Source: Alphaproteobacteria bacterium (lineage in GTDB: Bacteria > Pseudomonadota > Alphaproteobacteria > CALMVH01). Taken from it: a DNA stretch of 64,000 nucleotides. The stretch's first letter is position 1. Every line of letters starts with the position of its first letter. Shown here piece by piece: positions 46,866 through 55,874 of the stretch. The notes below the pieces were generated by a model. It was not told where the DNA came from and searched no databases. It saw only the letters and a program-made list of their open reading frames with translations. The stretch is taken from contig CBDAQZ010000004.1 of NCBI GenBank assembly GCA_965199335.1, forward strand, positions 128,666-192,665, given 5' to 3'. The translations under genes were made by a program, and so were the position numbers.

Positions 46866-48722
46866 TTACCCCACCAGCCCTTTCACCGCCAGGTCGCTGA
46901 GCCGCCGCGCAAAGGCCGGCGCGTCCAGAACCGCCTCGCCCTCGGCGATGCGGGCCTGGTCCAATAGCAGCCAGGCGAGGTCCTTGACCTCGTCCGGCGA
47001 GGCGGTAACCTTGCCTGCCAGCGCCGCGATCAGGCGGTGTTTCGGGTTGATCTCAAGCACGCGCTTCACCAACTGGTCGAACTGCTTGTGCGCCTTCAGC
47101 AGGCGTTCCAGGTGCATGTCGACATCGCCCTCGTTCGCGACCAGGCAGACCGCGCTGTCGGTCAGGCGGGTGGAGGCGCGCACGTCCTTGACCTCCGACG
47201 CCAGTGTTTCCTTCATCAGCGCGATCAGCGCCTCGACCGCCTCGGATGGCTTGGTCTCCGGCTCGGCGACATCGTCTGCAGCCTTGATCTTGTCAAGATC
47301 GTCGCCGCCGCGCGTGACCGACTTGAATTCCTTGTCCTTGAACGTGCCGACCGTGGCGGGCCAGAATTCGTCCACCGGATCGGTCAGCAGCAATACCTCG
47401 ACGCCGCGGGCGCGGAAGCCCTCCAGCTGCGGGCTCTGCAACAGCTTCTCCGGATTGTCGCCGGCGATGGTATAGATCGCATCCTGGCCTTCCTTCATGC
47501 GCGACACGTAGGAGTCGAGGCTGGTATAGCCCTCAACCGCCGTCGAGCGGAAACGCACCAGCTTCAGCAGGTCGTCGCGGAACTCGACATCCTCGTACAG
47601 GCCTTCCTTCAGCACGGCGCCGAAGTTTTCCCAGAACTTGGCGTAGTCCGCCTCGTCCTTGGCGCGCTTGGCCAGTTCCGACAGCACGCGCTTGGTCACG
47701 CCCTGGCGGATCTTGGCGATCACCGGGCTGACCTGCAGCATCTCGCGGCTGAGGTTGAGCGGCAAATCCTCGCTGTCAACGACGCCGCGGGTGAAGCGCA
47801 GCCAGGGCGGTATCAGCCCCTGCGCCGCCTCGGAGATGAAGACGCGGCGGACATACAGCTTGACCTCGTGCGCGCGCTGCGGGTCGAACAGGTTGAACGG
47901 CTTGCTGTCGGGTATGAACAGCAGCGCGGAGTAATCGATCACGCCCTCCGCCCGCCAGTGCATCGTCGCCCACGGCGCGTCGAACGCCTTGGAGGTGTGG
48001 TGATAGAATTCCTTGTACTGCTCCTCGGTGATCTCCGACTTGGCGCGCATCCACAGCGCCGACGCCGCGTTCAGCTTGTCGGGGTCGCCGGCCAGCTCGA
48101 TCGGGATCGCGACGTGGTCGGAGTATTTGCGCACGATCTGCTTCAGGCGCGGGGTTTCCAGGTACTCGTCCTCCCCCTCGCGCAAATGCAGGATGATCTC
48201 GACGCCGCGGCTTTCCTTTTCGGCCGGGCTGACAGTGAATTCGCCTCGCCCGTCCGACTCCCAGCGCCAGGCCTCGGCCTCGCCTGCCTTGCGGCTGAGC
48301 ACCGTGACCTTGTCGGCCACCATGTAGGCGGAATAGAAGCCGACGCCGAACTGGCCGATCAGCGCGCTATCCTTCTTGTCCTGCAACGCCTGGCTGAACG
48401 CCGCGGTGCCGGAACGCGCGATTGTGCCCAGGTTCTCGATCAGCTCGGCGCGGTCCATGCCGACGCCGTTGTCGCTGATGGTCAGCGTGCGCGCGTCCTT
48501 GTCGGCCGTGATGACGATCTTGAAATCCGTGCCGCCGGCATCGGCCAGTTCCGGCTTGGTCAGCGACAGGTAGCGCAGCTTGTCGCAGGCGTCGGAGGCG
48601 TTGGAAATCAACTCGCGCAGGAAGATTTCCTTCTCGCTGTACAGCGAATGCGCGACGATATCGAGCAGCCGGCTGACTTCGGCCTGGAAGGAAAGCTTTT
48701 CTGTCGTTGCCGTTTCGGTCAT
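46866..48722 (-). CDS. htpG: Molecular chaperone HtpG (Hsp90)
   Basis: ORF 46866..49664; true start MTETATTEKLSFQAEVSRLLDIVAHSLYSEKEIFLRELISNASDA (GHKL ATPase N-box) at M315. Confidence 0.95.
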   Translation of the reverse strand: MTETATTEKLSFQAEVSRLLDIVAHSLYSEKEIFLRELISNASDACDKLRYLSLTKPELADAGGTDFKIVITADKDARTLTISDNGVGMDRAELIENLGTIARSGTAAFSQALQDKKDSALIGQFGVGFYSAYMVADKVTVLSRKAGEAEAWRWESDGRGEFTVSPAEKESRGVEIILHLREGEDEYLETPRLKQIVRKYSDHVAIPIELAGDPDKLNAASALWMRAKSEITEEQYKEFYHHTSKAFDAPWATMHWRAEGVIDYSALLFIPDSKPFNLFDPQRAHEVKLYVRRVFISEAAQGLIPPWLRFTRGVVDSEDLPLNLSREMLQVSPVIAKIRQGVTKRVLSELAKRAKDEADYAKFWENFGAVLKEGLYEDVEFRDDLLKLVRFRSTAVEGYTSLDSYVSRMKEGQDAIYTIAGDNPEKLLQSPQLEGFRARGVEVLLLTDPVDEFWPATVGTFKDKEFKSVTRGGDDLDKIKAADDVAEPETKPSEAVEALIALMKETLASEVKDVRASTRLTDSAVCLVANEGDVDMHLERLLKAHKQFDQLVKRVLEINPKHRLIAALAGKVTASPDEVKDLAWLLLDQARIAEGEAVLDAPAFARRLSDLAVKGLVG

Positions 48723-48760
48723 TTCGCAAATCTCCAGCGCGTAAAATCCTATTGCGCATA

Positions 48761-48789
48761 GATGATGGCACATAACCGATTGCGCAAGA
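48761..48789 (-). promoter_or_regulatory. Possible sigma-32 (RpoH)-type heat-shock promoter for htpG (CTTGCG-N14-CCATCATCT on the minus strand)
   Basis: Resembles CTTGAA-N13-15-CCCCATNT about 40-70 nt upstream of the htpG start; weak match. Confidence 0.3.
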
Positions 48790-48806
48790 GGGCAGGATGA
48801 TATATA

Positions 48807-48821
48807 GAACATAACATGAAC
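48807..48821 (+). promoter_or_regulatory. Alphaproteobacterial-type LexA (SOS) box GAAC-N7-GAAC overlapping the dinB-like start codon
   Basis: taGAACataacatGAACga read directly; the second GAAC includes the ATG-AAC of the ORF start; the alphaproteobacterial LexA operator is the direct repeat GTTC-N7-GTTC (GAAC-N7-GAAC on the other strand). Confidence 0.5.
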
Positions 48822-50051
48822 GATACATTGGGCATCGTGGCCGGCCTGCGCTGGCTGGTGCTGGACCTCAACAGCTTCTTCGCCAGCTGCGAGCAGCAGG
48901 ACGATCCGGCCCTGCGCGGCAAGCCGGTCGTCGTAGTGCCGACCTCGAACGTAATGAGCACCTGCGCCATCGCCGCCAGCTACGAGGCCAAGACATTCGG
49001 CATCAAGACCGGCACGCTGATCCGCGAGGCGATGGCGCTGTGCCCCGATCTGATAACCATCGAGGCCAGCCACAGAAAATATGTCGAGTATCACCACGCG
49101 GTGCGCACGGCGATCGGGCAGTGCATCCCGATCGAGCATGTGATGTCGATCGACGAAGTCGCCTGTCGCCTCGATCGCATCCAGCAGGACCCGGCGGCGG
49201 CGCGGCAACTGGCGCTGGCGATCAAGGACAGCATCCGTAATACGGTAGGTGAATGCCTGACCAGTTCGATCGGGATCGCCAGCAACAAGTTCCTGGCCAA
49301 GATGGCCTCCAACATGCAGAAGCCGGACGGCCTGACGCTGCTGATGCCCGACAGCCTGCCGCAGGCGCTCCTGAAACTGGACCTGCGCGCCATCCCCGGA
49401 ATCGGCCGCAACATGGAGGCACGGCTGCACGATGCCGGCGTGCGCGACATGGCCACGCTGTGGAACGCCACGCCCGACCAGTGCCGCCGCATCTGGGGCG
49501 GGATCAACGGCGTGAAGTTCCATGCGCTGCTGCACGGCGTCGATTTGTCCGGCCCCAACAACCCGCGCCGCAGCATCGGCCATTCCAAGGTGCTGTCGCC
49601 GGAAGAACGCGGCAAGGCCGCGGCGACACCGGTGATCCGCCGCCTGCTGGTCAAGGCAGGGCAACGCCTGCGTGCCGACGGGCTATACTGCCGCCGGCTG
49701 ACGCTGGACGCGAAATGGGATTTCCACCAGGGTCATTGGGTAAAGGAACAGGTGTTCCTCGAAACCCAGGATACCGGCCTGCTGCTGCAGATGCTGAACC
49801 GGCTGTGGTCGCAGATGCCGGACAAGCGGCCATTGAAAGTCGGTATCACCCTGTCCGGTCTGGTGGAGGCGACCGCACACCAGCCTGACCTGTTCGATGC
49901 GCCGGTAGCGGAAGGCGTCCTGTCCCACGCCCTCGACAAGCTGAACAAACGCTTCGGCGCCAACACCGTCGTCTACGGCACCTGCACACAGAAGCTGGAG
50001 AGCAAGATCGCCTTCCAGCGCGTGCCGGATCTGGCGGAGTATGCGCGGTAA
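48816..50051 (+). CDS. Y-family translesion DNA polymerase (DinB/Pol IV-like)
   Basis: 411 aa; LVLDLNSFFASCEQ (catalytic Asp and FFA motif), SIDEVACRL (catalytic Asp-Glu); little-finger region in the C-terminus. Confidence 0.85.
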   Translation: MNDTLGIVAGLRWLVLDLNSFFASCEQQDDPALRGKPVVVVPTSNVMSTCAIAASYEAKTFGIKTGTLIREAMALCPDLITIEASHRKYVEYHHAVRTAIGQCIPIEHVMSIDEVACRLDRIQQDPAAARQLALAIKDSIRNTVGECLTSSIGIASNKFLAKMASNMQKPDGLTLLMPDSLPQALLKLDLRAIPGIGRNMEARLHDAGVRDMATLWNATPDQCRRIWGGINGVKFHALLHGVDLSGPNNPRRSIGHSKVLSPEERGKAAATPVIRRLLVKAGQRLRADGLYCRRLTLDAKWDFHQGHWVKEQVFLETQDTGLLLQMLNRLWSQMPDKRPLKVGITLSGLVEATAHQPDLFDAPVAEGVLSHALDKLNKRFGANTVVYGTCTQKLESKIAFQRVPDLAEYAR

Positions 50052-50154
50052 ATCATCAATTTAACTTTACTTTAAGAAAGTAATCCTTTAGAAACTCCCG
50101 ATTAAGGAGCACAAAATGTCATGATCTCGTAATCAGATTGCCGAAGTCGTAAGC

Positions 50155-50574
50155 ATGATGGATTTCAGAGCCGCCACAGCAGAATTGCGTGAGGGAAGCG
50201 CAGGACCCTGGAAGGATGCGATGGCGCTCATCGTTGCCAAGGACCCGGATCTTGGCCTCACCCTGGCAGTGGCCGAAGCACGTACCTCTAAACCATGGCA
50301 GCGTGACTGCAATGAAGAAGCAGCGGTTTGGGTCGTCTTGGATACGGTCAAGAATCCCGTGATCCCTTATGACAAAAAGGTTAGGGCCCTTGAGGAAGTT
50401 ACCCAGCTGACATCGGACGCTTTCGGATTACCCTTTGTCCATCGCCTCTGCCGCGATGCCTACGCACAGGCGGTTTCGAACACGCCGACGAAGAACACGG
50501 CTGCTTCTCTCAACCATATTCGTTCGGCGGAAAGTCGTACACCGAAAGTGGACAAGCCTGACCAGCCGGCCTGA
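50155..50574 (+). CDS. Hypothetical protein (139 aa), lower GC
   Basis: ORF only. Confidence 0.35.
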   Translation: MMDFRAATAELREGSAGPWKDAMALIVAKDPDLGLTLAVAEARTSKPWQRDCNEEAAVWVVLDTVKNPVIPYDKKVRALEEVTQLTSDAFGLPFVHRLCRDAYAQAVSNTPTKNTAASLNHIRSAESRTPKVDKPDQPA

Positions 50575-50629
50575 TTGTAGTATCAGCATCGATTCATAGT
50601 CCTTTACCGCCCGCCTCTAGGTCGGTCGA

Positions 50630-50648
50630 CCTCTCCCACGGGGAGAGG
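50630..50648. repeat. REP-like palindrome CCTCTCCCACGGGGAGAGG
   Basis: Same core as at 1436/1512 and 59052/59140. Confidence 0.5.
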
Positions 50649-50685
50649 TGAATACAGTCGCTGCTGTATCCTATATAATGCCCAT

Positions 50686-53109
50686 ATGCACACCCCTCCC
50701 CGCATCACCGCCGTCCTCGGGCCGACCAATACCGGCAAGACGCATTTCGCCATCGAGCGCATGCTGGGGCATCATTCGGGCATGATCGGGCTGCCGCTGC
50801 GCCTGCTGGCGCGCGAGGTCTACGACCGGGTGGTGGCGCAGAAGGGGGCGAAGATCGTCGCGCTGATCACGGGCGAGGAAAAGATCGTGCCCGCGCACGC
50901 GCGCTATTTCATCTGCACCGTCGAGGCGATGCCGCTCGAGCGGCCGGTGGACTGCCTGGTGATCGACGAGATCCAGCTGGCCAGCCATCCCGAGCGCGGC
51001 CATGTCTTCACCGACCGGCTGCTGCATGCGCGCGGCCTGGCGGAAACGATCTTCCTGGGCGCGGAAACGATGAAGCCGGTCATCGCGGCGCTGGTGCCGG
51101 GGGTGGAGATCGTCACCCGCCCGCGCCTGTCGAGCCTGACCTATAGCGGCTACAAGAAGCCGGCACGCCTGCCCGCCCGCTCAGCCATCGTCGCCTTCTC
51201 CGCCGCCGAGGTCTACCGCATCGCCGAATTCATCCGCCAGCATCGCGGCGGCACCGCCGTGGTGCTGGGCGCGCTGAGCCCGCGCACGCGCAACGCGCAG
51301 GTGGATTTGTTCGAGCGCGGCGAGGTCGACTACCTGGTCGCCACCGACGCCATCGGCATGGGCCTGAACCTGGACATCGCGCATGTCGCCTTCGCCCGCG
51401 ATTCCAAGTTCGACGGGCGCAACGGCAGGCGGCTATGGCCGGAGGAAGTCGCCCAGATCGCGGGCCGCGCCGGGCGGCACATGCGCGACGGCACGTTCGG
51501 CACCACCTTCGAATTGAAAGGCTTCACGCCGGAGCTGGTCGAGGCGATCGAGGAACACCGCTTCGACCCGGTGACGAAGCTGTACTGGCGCAACAGCAGC
51601 CTGGACTTCTCCAATCCGCGCATGCTGCTGGCCAGCCTGGAACGGCGGCCCGACCAGCGCGTGTTCGCGCAGATGCACGACGCCGACGACCACCGCGCGC
51701 TGAAGGCGCTGACCCAGCGGCTGGAGGCGGAAAGGAAAACACCGGGCCGGTCGCGCACCGCCCTGCTGTGGGAGGTCTGCCAGATCCCCGATTTCCGCAA
51801 GATCATGTCGGACGATCACATCACCCTGCTGGCCGGCCTCTTCGACCATCTTTCCGCGCGGCCCGGCATCGTGCCCGCCGAGTGGGTCGGGCGGGAGATC
51901 GCGCGGCTGGACAGCGGCCAGGGCACGATCGAGATGCTGACCACCGGCCTCGCCGCGATCCGCACCTGGACCTATGTCACCGCCAAGACCGGCTGGGTCG
52001 AGCATGGGGAGGAGTTGCACGCCAAGGCGCGCGCCACCGAAAACCGCATCTCCGACGCGCTGCATGCCGCGCTCAGCGAGCGCTTTGTCGACAAGCGCAG
52101 CGCCAGCCTGGCGCGCGCCACCTCGGCGAAACAGGACCTGCTGGCCGGCGTGCGCGGCAATGGCGAGGTTGTGGTTGAGGGCCATGTCATGGGCGCGCTG
52201 AAGGGCTTCCGCTTCGTCGTCGACGAAAGCGTAGCGCTGGGCGACCGCGAACTGGTGCTGAAGACCGCCAACCGCGCGCTGGCGCAGGAGATGCGGACGC
52301 GCATCGGCAGCCTGTCGGAGGTACCCGATACCGCCTTCGCGCTTGAACTGGACGGGTCGATCCTGTGGGACAACCAGCCCGTCGCGCGGCTGGCCCCGTC
52401 GGCGAAGCTGCTGGAACCCGCCATCCAGGTGCTGAAGACCGACCTGCTGGACCCGGCGCAGGAAACGCTGGTGGCCCAGCGCGTAGGGCTGTGGCTGCGC
52501 GCCGAAATCCGCCGCCGGTTGCAGACGCTGCTGGGGCTGATGAAGACACGCGACGATGCCGCCCTGGACCCGGAGCTGCGCGGCATCGCCTTCACCCTGC
52601 TGGAGAATTTCGGCGTCGTTCCCAGGGACCATGGCGACTATACCGCCGCCCAGTTGCAATGGCTGCAGAGCCGCGGCGTCACCCTGGGTACGCGCTACCT
52701 GTACATGAAGGGCTTGCTGAAGCCGGACGTGACCGGGTTCATGGCGTTGCTATGGAATGTGCAGCACGGCACCAAGCTGGCGCCCCCGAAACCGAACCGG
52801 GTGTCGGTGCCTGTTGCCAGCGAAGACCAAAACGATTTCCATGCCGCGCTTGGCTACCCGGTCCTAGCCGCCCGCGCGATCCGCATCGACCGGCTGGACG
52901 CCATGGCGGCGGAACTTGCCGAAGGCCGGGAGATCAAGGTCAAGCTGCTGGCGAAGCTGCTGACATGCACGCCGAGGCAGGCGGAGGATGTGATCGCGGC
53001 GTTATGCCGCAAACCGGTAAGGAAGACTCACGGCCATGGGTTCCATCACTCGCCGTTCGCCGGCTTGCGGGAAACCCACGGCTCTACCGGGGATGCAACC
53101 AGGGCTTAA
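50686..53109 (+). CDS. Superfamily-2 helicase, SUV3-like (mitochondrial Suv3-type ATP-dependent RNA helicase homolog common in alphaproteobacteria)
   Basis: 807 aa; Walker A AVLGPTNTGKTHFA, DEIQ (DExH) box, SAT-like and motif VI (QIAGRAGRHMRDG) regions; long C-terminal extension. Confidence 0.75.
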   Translation: MHTPPRITAVLGPTNTGKTHFAIERMLGHHSGMIGLPLRLLAREVYDRVVAQKGAKIVALITGEEKIVPAHARYFICTVEAMPLERPVDCLVIDEIQLASHPERGHVFTDRLLHARGLAETIFLGAETMKPVIAALVPGVEIVTRPRLSSLTYSGYKKPARLPARSAIVAFSAAEVYRIAEFIRQHRGGTAVVLGALSPRTRNAQVDLFERGEVDYLVATDAIGMGLNLDIAHVAFARDSKFDGRNGRRLWPEEVAQIAGRAGRHMRDGTFGTTFELKGFTPELVEAIEEHRFDPVTKLYWRNSSLDFSNPRMLLASLERRPDQRVFAQMHDADDHRALKALTQRLEAERKTPGRSRTALLWEVCQIPDFRKIMSDDHITLLAGLFDHLSARPGIVPAEWVGREIARLDSGQGTIEMLTTGLAAIRTWTYVTAKTGWVEHGEELHAKARATENRISDALHAALSERFVDKRSASLARATSAKQDLLAGVRGNGEVVVEGHVMGALKGFRFVVDESVALGDRELVLKTANRALAQEMRTRIGSLSEVPDTAFALELDGSILWDNQPVARLAPSAKLLEPAIQVLKTDLLDPAQETLVAQRVGLWLRAEIRRRLQTLLGLMKTRDDAALDPELRGIAFTLLENFGVVPRDHGDYTAAQLQWLQSRGVTLGTRYLYMKGLLKPDVTGFMALLWNVQHGTKLAPPKPNRVSVPVASEDQNDFHAALGYPVLAARAIRIDRLDAMAAELAEGREIKVKLLAKLLTCTPRQAEDVIAALCRKPVRKTHGHGFHHSPFAGLRETHGSTGDATRA

Positions 53110-53546
53110 AGGTAAACGCTGGCGTCTTTCATCGGGAAGCCGGCTATCAGCGGCGTGGCGCGTTGATTTTCAGTAACAATCCGTGCTGCTGGTCCAGGCG
53201 CCGGCTTAGATGGCGAATTCGGCACTGTCGCTAATGGAGCGACAGAAACTTGATAAGCTTCGCGCAAGTCGCTGACGATCTGAGCGTTATCACCCTTCTC
53301 GCCGTAATAGATGGCGATTGCAAGAATGCCAGGCGATTCCGTTGCCGGCATTTCAGGATGCTGAACGGCTTTCAAAATCAATTTTCCTGCCGCTTCCATA
53401 TACTGGCCGCGAACCGGATTTTCACAATCATCGTTGGCGCCGTGCATGAAGTCGATAAGGTGATAAGCGGCCACCAGCGGGTTTTTTTCGATCTTTGGAA
53501 GCGTTTCTGAAACCAATATCTTTATTGCCGTAGTATCATCGATCAT
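53106..53546 (-). CDS. Hypothetical protein (146 aa), lower GC
   Basis: ORF only; 4-nt overlap with the helicase stop. Confidence 0.4.
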   Translation of the reverse strand: MIDDTTAIKILVSETLPKIEKNPLVAAYHLIDFMHGANDDCENPVRGQYMEAAGKLILKAVQHPEMPATESPGILAIAIYYGEKGDNAQIVSDLREAYQVSVAPLATVPNSPSKPAPGPAARIVTENQRATPLIAGFPMKDASVYL

Positions 53547-53713
53547 AAATCTTCCTCTTAAAAAGATGCGGCACCCTATAGGGCAACTCTTTTTGCGTCA
53601 ATCGATTTTTACTGTTTCTTAGTCATTTGGCCAATTCGCCCGTTAACCGAACAACTTGCAAACTGGCGTGTTAGAGTCAGTTGGTTCCAACTTCATTATA
53701 CAAGGAGGTTTGC

Positions 53714-53920
53714 ATGGCGTTCGCCGAAAGACTTGAGTCGATGGGGCGTAAAAAGCATGATCTGGAACTGGCAATACACGAGCTGGAAAAACAGCCCCAA
53801 CCGGATGAACTGGCCATCAGACGAATGAAGCGGGAAAAACTGGCGCTGAAGGATCAGATCGCAGCCTTGCTCGATGAGCATGCGCATGTCGAGGAAGCAG
53901 CATTACAGGCAGCGGAATAG
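53714..53920 (+). CDS. DUF465 (YdcH-like) small coiled-coil protein
   Basis: ORF 53681..53920 with likely start MAFAERLESM; HELEKQPQPDELAIRRMKREKLALKDQIAAL fits the DUF465 pattern. Confidence 0.6.
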   Translation: MAFAERLESMGRKKHDLELAIHELEKQPQPDELAIRRMKREKLALKDQIAALLDEHAHVEEAALQAAE

Positions 53921-53928
53921 TTTAAACT

Positions 53929-53978
53929 GTCATTCCGAGCGCAGCGAAAACTTTCGATCGAGATATTTCGCTGCGCTC
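53929..53978 (+). terminator. Hairpin after the DUF465 gene (GTCATTCC-GAGCGCAGCGAAA ... TTTCGCTGCGCTC)
   Basis: 13-bp stem read directly; no clean T-run, so it may be a REP-like element rather than an intrinsic terminator. Confidence 0.4.
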
Positions 53979-54029
53979 AACATGATAATCCTTATCTTTT
54001 CTTGCTTCTGGCAAGACAGAAGAGATCTC

Positions 54030-55010
54030 TCAAGCTCCAACACGAACCACTTGGCTGGTCTTGGGAGCTGCTTGTTGAGCTATGAAAGGTTCAGCGGGCT
54101 GATTGCCAGTAACTTGCACGTTATCAAGAAAAAGAACACCCTCTCTGGTCACCCACGAGGTTCCTTTGTAACGATTTGCAGGATCCGTTTTTTGAACATC
54201 GGTGTGGAGTTTTTCGTAACAATGAAAAACACATTCGACGCCGAGCGTTTTTACTTCCGCAACGGCACTACGAAAATCATAGTCGTTTGTATATTCTGGA
54301 TCGAAGACAACAGATTTTTTACCGTCCATATCTGTCTGGGCAATGCCCGGAGCCATAAAATGGACCTTATGGGTTTCGGGCGTAACATGCTCTTTCAGCA
54401 TCTGCCGAACATTATGAGTTTCCGAAGGTCGGTAGTGCGAAAATGTAATTGTAGCAGGGTTATCGATAAAGGTGCCAAGGCAGCTGCGCAAAGTATCGGT
54501 TGCGACGCTCCTGCCTTTTTCGAGGGTTACCTGCTCGCCCATTTCTACAACGGCGTCAAAACGTTCAGCCAGTTCCTTCGTTATCGATGGTTTAGGCCTT
54601 GCGGCAATTGCCTCGCTAACGGTACTTTCAGACATAACGAAGCCGCCAGCTTGTAATATCTCCTTCAAATCCTGGACGAGTTTTATCACATCGGCGTCTT
54701 TAAAATCTTGTCTATAGGGATTGCTTGCACCATTAAACACAGGAAAAATATTCCCATTGGGAATTTCTTCCAGAAAGCCAGCAATATTTTGGCTGGATTG
54801 CCGGGAAACGAGCATCGTAACGTCGTTTTCGGTTTTGCCCTGAGAGGCAACCATCAGATAGACGGGATTTCCCAGAACTGTGTTTACTCGGCTTGACTCC
54901 GTGGGCTGTATTTCGAGAGTCCTGAATAGCTGGGCGTAGTAATCATGAATGCCGGGGCCGACCAACGGCTCGGTCGAATCCTTAAACGGACCCATGATCG
55001 TATCGGGCAA
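54030..55010 (-). CDS. Hypothetical protein (326 aa) in an AT-rich (about 45% GC) patch
   Basis: Long ORF with atypical composition; no family recognised. Confidence 0.45.
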   Translation of the reverse strand: MPDTIMGPFKDSTEPLVGPGIHDYYAQLFRTLEIQPTESSRVNTVLGNPVYLMVASQGKTENDVTMLVSRQSSQNIAGFLEEIPNGNIFPVFNGASNPYRQDFKDADVIKLVQDLKEILQAGGFVMSESTVSEAIAARPKPSITKELAERFDAVVEMGEQVTLEKGRSVATDTLRSCLGTFIDNPATITFSHYRPSETHNVRQMLKEHVTPETHKVHFMAPGIAQTDMDGKKSVVFDPEYTNDYDFRSAVAEVKTLGVECVFHCYEKLHTDVQKTDPANRYKGTSWVTREGVLFLDNVQVTGNQPAEPFIAQQAAPKTSQVVRVGA

Positions 55011-55183
55011 GTTACTGAAGTAATCAGGCTTTCTGTTACCTGAATCGACGGCTGTTGTGGCATGTTATTCCATTAAAAGATGCTGTAAAATAAGGCATCT
55101 TCCAATAAATTTCAACCATGAAGTGAAAACGCCCGGTACCTTCGGCAAATATTCGGGATATGCCGTACCGGGCGAAACGACGG

Positions 55184-55771
55184 TTACAGATTATACTCGT
55201 TTTCGTGTTCGGTCGGCTGATCGACATACTGGCTGTGATGCAGCCCCTCGGTCGAGATATTCAGCTTGGTCAGTAGCGTGTCCAATTCCGACTGGGTGCA
55301 GAAACCCAGCGCCACCGGGCTGCGCGGCTTGATGTTGGCCGCATTCTCGTGCGTGCGGGTGCGAACGGCGTTGATCGTCGGCTTGGTGGTGCCGATCAGC
55401 TTGCCGATCTGCACGTCGCTGAGATCCGGCACGTTCTTGAGCAGCCACGCGATCGCGTCGGGCTTGTCGCCGCGCTTGTTCACCGGGGTGTAGCGCGGTC
55501 CCTTGGTCCGGCGCGCCGGTTCCGGCAGGCTGCTTTCCAGTGCCACCAGATGCGCCGCCCCGTCCCCCTCGCAACGCGCGATCTCGGTGCGGGTCAGCAA
55601 TCCGGCCAGTACCGGGTCGGTGCCGACCATGCCGATCGCAACCTCGCCATCGGCGATCGCCTGGACTTCCAGCTCGTGCAGGCTGCAGAACTTCGCGATC
55701 TGCACAAAGGTCAGGGTCGTGTTTTCAAGCAGCCACACGGCCGTAGCCTTGGGCATGAGGGGTTGAGCCAT
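55184..55771 (-). CDS. DUF1013-family protein (conserved alphaproteobacterial protein)
   Basis: 195 aa; N-terminus MAQPLMPKATAVWLLENTTLTFVQIAKFCSLHELEVQAIADGEV matches my recollection of DUF1013. Confidence 0.6.
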   Translation of the reverse strand: MAQPLMPKATAVWLLENTTLTFVQIAKFCSLHELEVQAIADGEVAIGMVGTDPVLAGLLTRTEIARCEGDGAAHLVALESSLPEPARRTKGPRYTPVNKRGDKPDAIAWLLKNVPDLSDVQIGKLIGTTKPTINAVRTRTHENAANIKPRSPVALGFCTQSELDTLLTKLNISTEGLHHSQYVDQPTEHENEYNL

Positions 55772-55874
55772 GGAAACTCCAGATACGAAAAGATAATACC
55801 GCGAAATGGGCGGATAATGGCCGCACGCTAAACGATTCCGCCCTCAAATCAACCCCGTATCTGGTCCTTGTTCC

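Noticed and set aside
53874-54656. 260-aa plus-strand ORF in the AT-rich patch
   Set aside because: It overlaps the longer minus-strand ORF 54030..55010 on the opposite strand; its translation is Cys/Phe/Ile-rich with a stop-poor AT-rich composition artefact; the minus-strand ORF is the better candidate.
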